A stretch of DNA of 64,000 bases from Phaeosaccion multiseriatum (Eukaryota; Protista; Ochrophyta, other classes): assembly GCA_965112735.1 (NCBI GenBank), contig OZ218955.1, forward strand, positions 3,286,001 through 3,350,000, read 5' to 3'. Under the pieces are notes generated by a model that had not been told where the DNA came from, made no database searches, and saw only the letters and a list, made by a program, of their open reading frames with translations. Both the position numbers and the translations under genes were made by a program. Positions 44,752 to 58,106 of this stretch are shown here, in pieces (the first letter of the stretch is position 1; every line of letters starts with the position of its first letter).

Positions 44752-45886
44752 TAGAATGAGTGGGCGACACACCACAGATTAAGCGTGGCAAGTACAGAGA
44801 GAGAGAGGGAGAGAGAGAGCAGAGGCAGGGCAGTGGGCAAGATGCAGCAACACACTCTCTGCCCCAACGAGGAGGAAGGAGGAAGGTGTTCGGCGCCTCA
44901 CCTATGAATGCGAGGTACCCTCCGATGATGGGCATGGGTAGGTAGCTGACGATGCGGCACATTCTCGCCTTGCCCACCCCAACGAGAAGCAAACCGAGTA
45001 TGGCAGTGAAGATGGCGGTGGTGACGAGGGCCGTGGACACCACCACGGCCTCCTCAGCGCCATCCAAGCGCTCGGCAATCTGAGTGGTAATCCGGCCCAG
45101 GAAAATGAGGCCTGCAAGGGGACAGAAGGACGAAGGATGGCAGGGGGGAGAGAGGGGTAGACTCAACAGGGTACGTGGCAGGAGCTTCCTCTAACATCCT
45201 GTAAAATTGTATGTCATGCTACGTCACGAGAAGGGACGCTGCCAAGTACACCTACCTGCGTCCTGCACCTGCCCGATAGAGAAGGGGAGGGTGGAGATTA
45301 ACGTGAAGGAGAGCTGGTGCACCGCCGAGGAGAAGACGACGAGCTTGGCTAGAGCAGGCATGGCTGCCTGGTACACGGGGGCGGCGAAGATGATGGCTGT
45401 GCAACCCATCCAGTGGAAATACACACAGAGAGCGAGAGAGGAGAGGTTAAAGCGAAGGCAAAGAGCGCAACGTTAGCAGAGGCAGAGTCAGCAGGGTCAG
45501 CAACAGCAACAGCGGGAGAGAAGGGGGGACAGGGTCTTAGAGGAGATTGTTTGCGCAAGGTATCTAGATGCTCAACCCCCTCCCACTTCCTGCTCCCGTT
45601 TCGTACCTGCGTAGCCGTAGAGCACAGGGCAGGCGATGACCGCGTTGATAACTCCATATAGCACCACCACTAAGGCACCACTTATGCCTGTGCCGGGTTT
45701 AGTGGGTCCCTCTTTAGGCTTCTCGACGACCACATCGACACTCTTCCCCTCCTCCTCCACAGCCTCCTCCTCCCAATGCTGCTTAAGATGCCCCCTCTCA
45801 CTTGCGTCGTGAGCTCCGTCCCCGTGCGCCAGCTGCTCCTCCTTCTCATTGATCCCCAACAGCGGTGTGCTCTCTCCATGCACCAT
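42113..45886 (-). CDS. SulP/SLC26-STAS-cNMP transporter, copy B (inverted paralogue of copy A)
   Basis: Same motifs and intron positions as copy A. Starts MVHGESTPLL (45886). ORF 42113-45166 contains the last two exons. Confidence 0.93.
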
Positions 45887-46466
45887 GCTGGGAAGATGTG
45901 ATACACAGCAGCAACACGTACGTCGCCTCGCTCGCTCGCAGCCGAGAATCAAGATGAGGACGACATTTGGAGTCCTTCTTCCACGTGGAAGGGGCGATGA
46001 GAGACGCTTCTTCCTTACACGCTGCAGATGCAGCCAGCCTTCGTTGTAGGGGATGCAAAAGGGTAAAACTCCAGAGGATCTTGGCGGGGCTGCCAGAGCC
46101 GCAGGGCTGACCCCACAGTTTCAGCTTTTGGCTACTGCAAATTGAAGCCAAAGAGTCGATATCAAGAGTCAGAAGGGAGAAGATTTCACAGCAGAGGCGA
46201 GAAACCGCCTCTTCTCCTCTTCTCTTGTGTAATCCCTCGTACTTCCGGACATTCATTATAGGCTAATAAGAGGGGCGAAAATGAATGGTGAGCCGAGAAT
46301 CCAGTGCCAAGTGTTGGATGGGAGAGACAAGAGTCGACCCACGGTTCCTTCCCTCAAAACAGAAAGAGCACTACAGACCTAACGGTACGGCACAAACAAC
46401 GTAAACCCCAGCCCAGCACTCATACCCCAACTAAAAACGAACTACAAATACACTGAAGGAAAGCAG

Positions 46467-47938
46467 CTAAATGACGTACGGCCTGGCGAATGAGCCCGAG
46501 TTCTTGGCCATCCTATGAAGCCTCCACAGCCGCTTCCTGACCTTAAGCCATGCTCGAAAGTCGTCGTCCAGACGCGCCCCCCTCCGAGCTTGCCTCTCCA
46601 GGTGCAAGGCCTGCGGACCGTCAGAGCGATGGACCATACATGCATTCATCGCATGCGGAAGAGGGGAGAACGGGAGTGGGTAGGGGTGGTGGAAATGAAT
46701 CAGTCAGTCAGTCAGTCAGTCAGTCAGTCAGTCAGTCAGTCAGACCGCTGGGCAGTGAGAAAGATGGCACGGTGGGGGACATACTCCTCCCCGTGCCTCG
46801 CCTTTGCAAAGCAAAGCAACGTGGACGTAAATCGGGTGGGTGGTCTCACCTTCCACTCCGTCTTCCTCTCTCGCAACCACCTCGGAAAGTTCTCCTCCGG
46901 AGTGGAACGATCCATATCCTTCTTCTGCCGCCGGAGAAGGTGCCACTGCTCCTTGCGACAGGACAGCCAGGTGCCGAAATTTGCCTCCAAGGCAGGCACC
47001 TGTGGCAGCAGACGGGAGGGGAGGGGAGGGGAGGGGAGAGCGGAGCAGAGAGCGCCAGCGCCAGAGAAAGAAGCAACAATAGTCAGTCCCCTTGCCGCCG
47101 CTTCTTTAAACCCTCTCACATGTCAATCCAAACATTACAGGAGGGATGGACGGGGAATGGTCAGTGCTTGTTTAGTCTCCTCCTGTAACCACCCACCCAC
47201 CCATCCATCCACCCTATCCTCTACCCGCCCGCCTACCTACACACCCACCCACCCACCTGCCGCCCAATGTAGGGCAGATAATGATGTGAATTGTGCAGAT
47301 ACGCGCTCCTCATGACGGCGTAGAGCTCAGAGCCATCCTTGCTCGCCTTCGCCCTGCTGCCCGTCGCCGACCCAGCCGCCGTCGGGCAGGGTGGAGGTGG
47401 GTAGGTGACGCGTGGCGGGTTCGCTGGCGCTACTCCCACAGCGGCACAAGTATCGAAAGCCTCCACCGCCTGGAGGGGTGGGACGGGGGGGGAGGCAGCA
47501 GCAGCAGCAGGAGGAGGAGGAGGAGGAGGAGGAGAAGGAAGGAGGCAGTATATGACAAGCTGCACTTTGTTTTCCATCAACAGTCCGGAGCTTCCTCCCG
47601 TCGGGTGCTATCCCCCGCCCTCGCCCTATCCACTCCTCGGGGCGCGGCCCGTCTTACGTCTCTCCTCCTTCCCGCCCCCCCTCCCCTCCCTTCTCACCTC
47701 CTCTACGATGGCGAGGGCCGTCTCCAGCCCCCACATGCCCTTCGCGACGTCCTCCCCGACCCCAAGCGACCCCATGTACAGCAGCAGTGACTCCTTGCCA
47801 GGCGGTACGTCAGGGCCGCACGCGCTTATGCCAATCCTTCCGGGGCGAGACTTCTTTGCCACTCTCCCTTCAGCACTTTTCGGAGGGGGCTTCCGTTGCT
47901 GCGTGGTGTCCTGAGGTGGCGGCATCCCCGCATGATAC

Positions 47939-47970
<32 letters not shown>

Positions 47971-48387
47971 CTGGTGGTGGTGGAGGTGCTGCTGTTCCAG
48001 CTGCTGCTGCTGCTGCTGGTACTGCTGCTCCTGCTGATACTGCTGCGCGTATTCTTCATCTTGGAGGCCGTGTCCCTGATACTGTTGGTGTTGATCCTGT
48101 TGGTTGTAATGATCGCCGTGCTCAGAACCGTAGCTACCGTCAGGATAGGTATACCGCTGCTCCTGCTGTTCCTGCTGCTGTTCCTGCTGCTCCTGCTGCT
48201 GCTGCTCCTGGTGCTGCTGCCCGCAGTCGTCTTGCTCTTGGAACCGAGAAGGGTCCTCTTGGTATGGAAAGGCCTGCTGCTGGTGCTGCTGCTGATGCTC
48301 TGTTACTGATTGCTGATGCTCGTAGTAATTGGAATACTGCTGCTGATCCTCAGGCTGCTGCTGCTGCTGCTGCTGGGGAGGCTCCAT
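46467..48387 (-). CDS. Hypothetical protein: Q-rich N-terminus, three C-terminal F-x2-W-L-x2-R-K-x2-W repeats
   Basis: ORFs 47626-48390, 47233-47580, 46736-47119 and 46467-46649 can be joined at GT-AG sites. The start may lie further upstream (acceptor-like CTCAG just before it). Confidence 0.6.
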
Positions 48388-48808
48388 CACCGGCGCCTGA
48401 GGAAGAGGAAAGTGGTTCCCCCCCTCGAATCACTTTCTTAAACTGTGCCCCGCCCAGGCTTGCCCTCTGCACCCCCTTTCCCCTTTGGTTCGCCGCTGCT
48501 GGATGCAGCTGTCGCTAACTACCGAGAAGTCTCTCACTCAAGTCTCAATTTGCAAACCCCTCCTTCCCACCCCCGCCCCATCAAGCCCGCATCCTCCTTT
48601 ATTCCCTCTCCTCCTCCCTCTTCTGACATCCTCCCAGCCAGCGCTCAGCGCCCTGTCTGCCCCCTTTAACAATCCAGATTTGCACACCAACAATGTAAAT
48701 CAAAGCAAAGGGAAAAGAGAGATAATATCACAGAGGAGAGAGCTAGAGATAGATACAGAGAAAGAAAGAGAGAGAGAAGAAGAGAAAGTGAGGCAGAGAG
48801 AGAAACTC

Positions 48809-48813
<5 letters not shown>

Positions 48814-48900
<87 letters not shown>
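48814..48900. repeat. (GA)n microsatellite between divergent genes
   Basis: Directly visible. Confidence 0.95.
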
Positions 48901-48904
<4 letters not shown>

Positions 48905-49014
48905 AGGAAAAAGACGGAGATCCAGCCTTACCCGAGCTCGACGAGCAGACTTGAGTGAGAGGGCGAGAGGGATAAAAAGACAGCCCCTCGCCTGAGCTCG
49001 GGACCAGCAGACGT

Positions 49015-49324
49015 ATGTACCAGGTTGTGTCCAAGCTGCCGAAGCCCGCAAGGTGAGGCAATCGGAAGTACCTTTGTCAACATGAGCAGCCCCGCACACG
49101 CAGTTCCAGAAGAGCAAAGATAGAGGAGAGAGAGGTACACCCCCCTCTGCTTACCCCATCTCCCTCTCCTTCTATGCAGATTCGGGCTATCGGGAACCAT
49201 AGGGACAGCGTTGTTTTGGGGGATTGATCAGGTCATCAACAAGACAAATCCCATCGACTGGCAACGGGCTTCAGGTACTGTGGCCATGGCGCGATGAGGC
49301 AAGGAGGGGGCAAGAGAGAGGACA

Positions 49325-49364
<40 letters not shown>

Positions 49365-50078
49365 CTACCAACTCCCCATCCCCTTCCTAGTCAGTGGGAT
49401 TTCACCACGCTCCACGGGCACACGCTCATAGCCCCCATCCCCAAGTCAATAAATCCCCTCCTCCCCCTCACTCCCCGTCTCCCTGCTTTCCCTCTCCTCT
49501 CTGTGCCTCTTGTGTGCCGTGAAAGTGTCCTTCGCTTTGGCGTACTTCGTTTCCATCTGGCTGCAGCACGCACTACACTGCCTACTGGTAAGTATCGTAG
49601 GAGACGACCGTGTCCCATCTCTCTGACCCCCGTCTCTCTATCCATGAGTCTCTCTCCCTCTGTCCCATGCCCCCATCTCCATCTCTCTCTTTTAGCCATC
49701 TGTGTACCCCATCTATCGACCCCCCAAGTTTCTATCCCCCCCCCTCCCCTGCCCTCCATCGCTGCACCCCACCACTACTCACTTTCTCACTCACTCCGCC
49801 CTGTGTTGATGCTCTCCTTGCTGGGACAGGTCTTCGGTCCGCCTCCAAAGGGAAAATACTGGGGGAGTTTGCTGGTCACGTACTCCTCTTACGCTGTGAG
49901 CCTTGTCGCGTCGCCATTTGTCAACGCCGGTCTACTAACCTACGTACCGGCATGTACCCATTTCATGGCCTGGGTAGGGACCATTGTGGTGACCGGTGTG
50001 GTCAATTACTTTACGGTTTCGGCAGCGATGGGGGCCGGCACGAGCAAGGTAGTCGATGCGGATCCGAAAGTGGCATAG
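49015..50078 (+). CDS. GtrA-like small multi-pass membrane protein, 4 exons
   Basis: The spliced product is MYQVVSKLPKPAR|FGLSGTIGTALFWGIDQVI...RAS|VSFALAYFVSIWLQHALHCLL|VFG...YSSYAVSLV...AWVGTIVVTGVVNYF. The RF..G..T, H/N..VF and NY pattern resembles GtrA family proteins. Confidence 0.7.
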
Positions 50079-50712
50079 GTTTCGTAGATAGAGGGTTGGG
50101 AAGTAGGAGGGCCGTAGGACACTCAGTCGCTCGATTAGAGGCTGTGACAGCGCTGGAAGGAATGACGGGGGGGAAGGGGCAGCGGTAGGATGGTAGGGGG
50201 GAGGCAGGGATGGATGATACTCTTATCTAGCCAACTTGGACTCACATGTATGAGGCGAAGAGTGTAGGGTGAGGACCGACAGATGATCTACACTACTACG
50301 CTAGAGGCCACTCATTATTATAACATGAATCAATGTGGCTCACTACGTACTGTTATGTAGGCAGTTAACATAAGGGTAGGCCGCGGGGACTAAAGGAAGC
50401 TCCCACTTGATCTTAACGGGCTCAGGAGTGAGGGAGGCCCGAGCCAGCCTCCTCCCCAAAATCCAGCTCCTATACCCTTATGTTAAATGCCTACATAACA
50501 TTCTCGCCACTCTCTCCTTTTGGTACGGGAGCGTAGCGCTCAGCCTGGGGGTACCTTCCTACTCTCTAGGGAGAGGGAGGTAGCGGCCCCACAGCAATGT
50601 CCATATAGTCCTGAGCACCGGAAGCCTCGCCCCCAGCCCTGCCGTCCAGAGGAAGCAGAGTTTACTTCCTTGTGCGTGGCAGGTCGGAGGGAGAGAGTAG
50701 ACAGCAGACAGA

Positions 50713-50749
<37 letters not shown>

Positions 50750-51908
50750 GAAAGCAAACAACGGCGGGAAACCACAGGCATATGGTTGGAATGAATGAAT
50801 GAATGTATTAGGGCGTGGTGGTCCAGCTGTTGCTGCTGTATCACCAACTGCTGCTGCTTGCTCCGCTTCTCTCGATCGGGACCCACGTGCACTCTCTTAC
50901 GAGCCTTTGGGTGCAAACCCCCTCCCCCGCCCCGCTCCACTGCCACTCCCCCCCCCCTTGTCCCTCCTACCGACCCCTCCTTTCGATGAGGATGATGATG
51001 ATGATGATGATGAGGAGGAGGAGGAGGAGGAGCCCTCCACGCACCCACGCACCCACCCCCAGTCTCCATCTGTATGCCTCCATCGCATCACTGTCACCTC
51101 AGGGCCCCTCTTCGGTCCTTCCGCCCGTGCCCGTGGGCCGGTGCCCTTTCGGTCGGAGTCAGTCGGTTTCCTTTCCCCACACTTCACTTTATGCCCCGTC
51201 TACACTAGTCTCTTGTCTCCACTCCCACACATGCCTTTACTTCCACACACACATACTATTTTAAGTGACACGACGTGCCTCTCCTCTGCCCTCCCTCTAT
51301 CTCACACGCTTCCTTTTTCCTTTTCTTTTATCCATTTGTTTTTTCTTTTCTATACCAAAGAGTTACGTACGACGACAAAAGTCTTTACGATACGAAAAAA
51401 AGGTTCAGACTGCCCCCTGCTGACCTCCTGCTCGCGCTTATCCCCCCCCGAGCGGCCCACTCAGAGGACGCACGCTCAAGGAAAGCACCACACACCTCGG
51501 CCATCAGCTGCCATCCCCGTATATCCCACCCCCACTCTTTCCTCTTCACACATATGACATACGACAAACGATGTTACCCTTCCTCTTCCCCCCTCCCGTG
51601 TTACATTTGAGACGAGAGCGTTCGTTGCCTCCCACAGCTTGTCTGCTCCGTCCTTCCTCCCCTTCGGTTCCCTTCCCTTCTTTTCCCTCCCCTTCCCTCC
51701 CATTCCCGTCCCTTCCCTTTGCCCTCCGCCCCCCTGCTCCTCGCCTTCTCCTCGCAACCCTCCTCGCAACACACCCCCAGCTTCCCTCCCAGCGGCATCT
51801 GTCTGTCTGTCTTTCTGTCTCTCTGTCTGTCTGTCTTTCTGTCTCTCTGTCTGTCTGTCTTTCTGTCTGTCTGTCTGTCTGTCCACTTCTCAGCCTTCCT
51901 CCATCACC

Positions 51909-52459
51909 TCATCTCTTCGACGAGGTGCTGGATCGACGAGGTGCAGGGATGACTCCGATCTCAATCTTGCGAATCCTGTTGCGCTCGATCATCGCAGCGA
52001 GAGCGGCCCTGACTACGGGGTTCTTACACCCCACAAGCTTTTTCCTCTTCTTCTTCACCTTCTTCACCCCTCCTGACCCTGGCCCTGACGACGGCGGCGA
52101 AGTCGACGAAGTACCAACATCACCACCGCCACCGCCGCCTTCTGTGACGCTGCGGGTGTCAGGACTGGTGCCGCTGCGGATGCTGCTGCCGTCAGTGGTG
52201 GCCTTCGCTGCTGAAGATAGTGGGGCCAAGCTACTGCTGCTGATGCTGCCGATGCTGCTGCTGGTGCTGCTGCTAGTGGTGTTGACCTTTGCCGAAGGTG
52301 GTAGGGGGGTCGATGTGCTGGTGGTGTGTGGTACGGTCAGCGGTGTGCCTCCCTCTGCTCCGGATGGCGCCGATCGCTTTGCAGGGGGGGGAAGGGGTGT
52401 GGTCAGTGTGGGCCTCTCATCATCCGTCCTGCTTCTCTTCCTCTTCTGCTCAGCCACAG

Positions 52460-52491
<32 letters not shown>

Positions 52492-54614
52492 ACTCCGCCT
52501 CCGTCATCCTTTCCTTCCCCAACGCCTCCTCCAGCCTCACCCACACCACCACCACATGTTTCCGAGAGAGCACTCGTCCTCACCAGCGACGCTGCGTTCT
52601 TCTCAGCACACGGCCTCTCTTCGCCTCCTCCTGCTGCTGTATCACCAACTGCTGCTGCCGCTCCTCCTTCTGCTCCGCCTTCATCCGCTAGCACTCGTAC
52701 TCCTCTTCCCGGTGCCTCTGTTGCTGTTGCTGCTGCAGCCAACTTCAGAGTAAGCACAGCTGCGTCCAGGTTCAGACCCTTTCCTCCTCCTCCTCCTCCT
52801 CCTCCTCCGTTGCTGCCTGCCCCTACCCCTACCCCTACCCCTCTATCAACGACCTTCTCATCTCCTCCTTCTTCCTCACTTGCGTAGGGAGAGACAGTCG
52901 CCGCCTCCTCTCCCTCCACCACATCCGTTTCCACGAGCGTGGAGGAGGAGGAAGAAGAGGAGGAGGTTTCACCTTTCGGTGCCGGCTGTTGCTCATCCTC
53001 CTCCTTCCCCTCCTCCTCCTCCTCCTGCTGCCGCTGCTGCTGCCCACTGCTGCTGTTGCTGTCCTCGCTGCTCATGCTGCCGCTTCTTCCTACGCCGTCT
53101 GCGTCGCTCGTCGCGCTGCTGCTGCTGCTGGAGGATGAGCAGGATGCCGAGTCGCTGATTGGGGCGGGCATGGCCAGTGACCCCGCTCCATCCACAGCCA
53201 TCTCTGCTCCTGCCCCATCCACTGCCACTTCCCCCGCCGCTCCTGTCTGTGCCCCTGTCGCCGCCGCCTTTGTGGGCGCTGGGGGCGTGGAGGTCAATGC
53301 CTTGTCTACAGTGCACGTATCCGTCGCTCCGACAGACGAAGTAGGAGAGGCCGAGGAGGAGGTCGGCCCCCCAGCCACTTTAGCAGCAGATATTGGGAAT
53401 ACAGCAGCAGCGGCAGCAGCAGCAGCAGTGGCACTTGCACTTGCACTCAGCGCTGTATCACCAACTGCTGTACTGAGCGCTGCTGCAGCAGCTGGAGCGG
53501 CCTCCGACCCAGACTCAGACGATGCAGCGGTGACAGTAGACGACACCGCCACCACGGCCCCGGCCGCTACCGTATGCGAGTCATGGACATCACCCAAGGG
53601 CGGTGAAGGTGCGAGGAGGGTGGTGGGGGCCTGCGACATCAACTCTGGTGTCTGCAACGCTGCTGCTGCTGCTGCTGCTCCTGCTGCTCCTGCTGTTACT
53701 GCTCCTCCTCCTCCTGCTGCTGCTGCTGCTGCTCCTGTTGCTGCTACTCCTCCTGTTGCGGCTGTGGCTGCCCCTGTCATTGGAGTCCAATAGTCAGGGA
53801 GGTCGGAGGGCCAAAAACCGGTAGTCACCTGCGAATGGCTGCCCAAGACCATTGGATCTTCCTGCGGCTGCTCCAGCAAGAAGGCGTCCTCTTCACTCCA
53901 GTCTTCCTCCTTCTTCTCCGTCGCCGCCCGCACTGCCGCTCGGTTCCTGCTGCTGGTGGTGCTGCCGCTGCTGCCGCCTCGTCGATGGCTGCTGCTGCCA
54001 CTCGTAGTGGCAGAAGTGGTGGTGATGGCCCGTGCCTTATGGATCGGCGCTGAAGACGAGACAGCCCCGTCAACCATTAACAACACAACGCCGTTGGCAG
54101 CCTGCTGAGTCGCCTGCCTCTCTTGCTCCTGGTGCTGCTGCTGGGAGTGGTGGTACTGGTTCTGTAACGCCACAGTAGGGTATGTGTGTTGGGCCGAGTC
54201 CCCTGAGCTCAACACACTTCCCGTCCCCCCGGCCCCACTGGTGGTTGGAGTGGTCGGCGTGCTGGTGGTGGAAGCGCCCCCCTTCTTGCTCGGCCGGCCC
54301 CGCTTCTTGCCGGAGGGGGTCTTCTGCTGTTGATGATACAGCTCCAGCTCAGCAGCCTTGGCTTTGGCGGTCTTCTTCGGGATTCTCCTCGTTCGACCTG
54401 TCGGCCCTGCTGCTGTATTCCCAACTGCCGCTGTATTGCCAACTGCTGTTGCAGTACCAACTGCTGCGGGTGCCGCTGCTGCTCTATCACCAAGTGCTAC
54501 CGCTGCACCGTTCTCCCTTCCTCCTGCACCCCCTTCTGCTGCTGCTGTTACCGCCGCTGCTTCTACGGGCGGCGCTGCTGCTAATGCCATCGCTGCTTCT
54601 ACGGGCGGGGCTAC

Positions 54615-54650
<36 letters not shown>

Positions 54651-57590
54651 TTCCCCTCCGCCTGCGACTCTCACTGCTCCTGCTCTTGCCGTCGCTGTTA
54701 CTGCCCGCGCTGCCCCCCCAGCCACCACGGAACATCCTCCCACATCCACACTTGCCGGATCCTCCGCCACCTCCTCCTCCTGCTCCTCCTCCTGCTTCTC
54801 CACTTCCTTCGCCTCGGCGTCGAGATCAGACGGTGGTAGTCCCACAGCAAGGGAAAAGCCGGGGAGGCTGACGCTGATGGCGGTCCGGGGCGGGCCTCGC
54901 GTGGGTGTTGCGGGCGTTGCGGGCGACAAAGGATCGAAAGCCACCTTCGGTGATGCTGAGAGTGAGGAGCTCGATGAGACAGTGGCGCTGAGAGGGGTGC
55001 GTGGGGCTGCTGTAGGAGCGGGTGGTGGTGGTGCTGCTGCTGCTGTTTCTTCGCCTCCTTCTGCTGCTGTTGCATCACCAACTGGTGCTGCTGCTGCTGC
55101 TGCCACCGATGATGATGCGGACCACGGTGGGAGAGGAGCGAAAGGCGGCGATGCTGCAACATGCGCAGATGGCGATGATGTCACAGCCTCGTCGGCCACA
55201 GCCGCATCTCCTGGCGGTGCTGCTGTATCACCAACTGATGATGCTGCTGCTGCTGCTGCTGCTGGTGCTGCTGTCGCTGTACCACCAACTGCTGCTGCTG
55301 TTGCTGGACGTGCCTGGCCATCCAACCCTCTTCTTGACTTCTTGGGAATGGTGTAGGCCCGGACGGCCTTCGCGGCTTCGCTCTGAGCCGCTGGTGTTGA
55401 AGCACCAACTCCCTCCTTCGACGCCCTCATCTCCTCTCTTTCCTTCCTCCTCGCCTTCTTCTCCGCTGCCGCCTCCAAAGCTGCCGCCTTCTCTCTCGCC
55501 TCCTTCTCCCTCTCCTCGAGCCAGACTTTCTTTCGAATCGCCTTTACTCTCTTCCTCTCCGCCTTCTCCTCTTTCTTCCGCCTCGCTGCTTCCACCTCGT
55601 CCGTATGGCCCAGCATAATCTCCATCTTCCGTCCACCTGTTCCCCTCCCTCCCTTCATAGCCCCTCCTCCTCCTCCTCCTCCTCCTCCTCCTCCTCCTGC
55701 TGCTGCTGCTGCTGCTGTACTGCGAACTGCTGCTGCTGCCCCCCCGCCGTCAACACTACCAGCGCTCCTACGCCTCTTCTTCCTCGAAGTGGGAGGAGTG
55801 GAAGTGGCGGCTACAGAGGAGGTTGTGGGAGGAGTGGTGGAAGGGGCAGTTACAGAGGAGGAGGCAGTTGCAGACAGAGCCCTTGCCCTCGCCTTCTGCT
55901 GCTCGGGAGTGAGTCTCTTTTTCTTCCCTCCTTGCCCCTCCCTTCTTCCTTTCTCTGCCACGCGCATTTGCTCCTCCTCCGCCTCCTCTTCTTTCTCCTC
56001 TTTCTCCTCCTCCTCCTCCTCCTCCTCTGCCTCCGCCGCCTCCTCTTCCTCCTCCTGCCTGCTCTCATCCTGCTGCTGTACGGGAGAGAGAGACAGTGAC
56101 GAAGAAGGGAAGGCTGCGGTTGCGCCTGCCGTCGGATCAAGGCCCCACTCCTCCCTCTCTCTCCGCAAGCCCCAGCGCCGGTAGAGCCTGCGTTTGACCC
56201 ACGTCTCTCCATCCAAGGTCACCTCCACCGCTCCAAACTTGCGATGTCCGGGACTGAAGCGCCCGCGTGTCACTCTGCCCCGCCTCCTCCGCAGCTTCTC
56301 GCTCCAGTCACTCGGGTTACCCATCTTCTTGACTGCACCCCCTCCATCCTCACCCTCACCCTCCCCACCCCCCTTGCTGTTCAAAGGTTCTAGATAGCAA
56401 GCCGCCAACGGATTCATCAACACGACACGGTCGTCCTCTGCCAGCCAGTCGCCATTCGTGTACTTTCCCTTCCGCCTGCGCTCTTCCCTGCTGTGTGCCG
56501 CCTGCGCCTCCCGCAGTTTATCCTCGTCGACCTCCTCCTCTTCCTCCTCCTCGTTCTCCTCCTCCTCCTCCTCCTCCTCCTCCTCCTCCGTTGCCGTCCC
56601 CCCTCTCCCCATGAACTCCTCATCGTCGTCGTACTCTCCCTCTCCCCCTCCCCATCCGCTGCTCAGGTCATCGGACTCAACATCCTCATAATCTTCATCC
56701 TCCTCCTCCTCCTCCTCCTTGCCGTCGTGCAAGGAGGGAGGCAGCAGCATGTCCGCCGAAGACGGCAATTCACTCGCCTCCATCGCTTCACACTCCTCCT
56801 CCTCCTCAAGGTTGAGGAACTGTTGAGTCCTCCTCATCGAGGCTACCTCCTGGGCCGCTCGGCTCGGGCCGGAGCGGGAAGCCGAGCTAATGAAGAATCC
56901 CCCCAAGCCGCCCAAGCCCCCCAGCTCAACGACCTCCACACCGCCAATGCCACCACCGCCAGTACCTTCTTCCCCTCCTCCTCCTGCTCCTGCTCCTCCT
57001 CCTCCTCCTCCTCCTCCTCCTCCTCCTCCTGCTCCTGCTCCTCCTCCTCCTCCTCCTCCTCCTGCCTTTGTGTGCCGACCCTGCCCCGACGCCAACTTCC
57101 CCGACCTCTTTTTGCCCTCCACTCTTTTCGTTTTCGGCCGGGGTTCTCCTGCCGTCCACTCTGCGTCGTCACCACCACCACCATCATGATCATCATCATC
57201 ATGGTCAGCATTCTCCTCCTCGTCACGCCTAACCTTAGGTCTGCCCACGCGACCCCGCTTCTTTCCCTTTGAAGCTCGTCCTCCGACTGATGCTGCTGCT
57301 GATACTTCTGCTGGTGCTGCTGCTGCTGCTGTGGGTGGTTGCACCGGCGACGCCGACGAGTCTTGTGTGGTGGTCCCTGCTGCTACTGTTGCTGCTGTTG
57401 CGGCCGCTACCTCCGCGTCGCCCCCTCCCTCTTGCAGAGTCTGCTCCGTCTTCTTCCCCCTGCGGAACACGCTTTTCTTCTTTCTCTTCTTCTTGCCCTG
57501 CTTCTCCTCGCCGGCGGCCGCGAGGGGAGCAGTAGCAGCATCCCGCGAAGCACGCGAAGCTGAAAAGTCAGGCAGCGTCCCTCTCGCAGG

Positions 57591-57628
<38 letters not shown>

Positions 57629-58106
57629 GTGCAGTACTGTCGGGCGGCTCTTGCACCTCGCCACCTAGGCCCTCCGTCAGACTCACTGGGCTCGCTGACT
57701 GCTTGCCTTTCTCGGGCTGCTGCTGTTCCTCCCGGTCTGCGTCGAGATCGAGATGGTTGAGGGACTTCGCCGCGGGTCGAGACTCTCCCTGCTGCTGCTC
57801 TTCCTCCACTTGCTCCTGAGGCGGCCGGTAGTCCTCAGGAAATATGGGTGGGAATGCCGCCTCGGTCTCCCCGTAGCGTGGACGATGATCAATGCAAAGC
57901 CCCGCGTATTGGCCCTTCTTCTGCGTAATCTTGGAGCAGCCCACGGAGATGCATTGCTGTCCCAGCGGCCGAGCGGCGCTGCCCTGGCCCTTGCTAGCAC
58001 TCGGCAACCCCTTCCGGCTCTTCTTCATTCTGGACCGGCTCGGGGTCACGGTGCCGCCTTCCGCAGCAGCAGGAGCAGGAGAAGCGAGCAGCGGGGAGGG
58101 GTTCAT
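51909..58106 (-). CDS. ~2065-aa low-complexity, probably nuclear protein
   Basis: 6.2-kb stop-free ORF. It has a C-x4-C..C-x2-H motif (CISVGCSKITQKKGQYAGLCIDH), an AT-hook-like KKRGRPSKK, several basic NLS-like runs, a coiled-coil, and a globular-looking island (GDWLAEDDRVVL...VEVTLDGE). First ATG at 58106. Confidence 0.7.

Noticed and set aside
50790-51500. Possible further exons of the 2065-aa gene or a separate small gene
   Set aside because: No consistent spliced frame or recognisable motif; mostly simple repeats.
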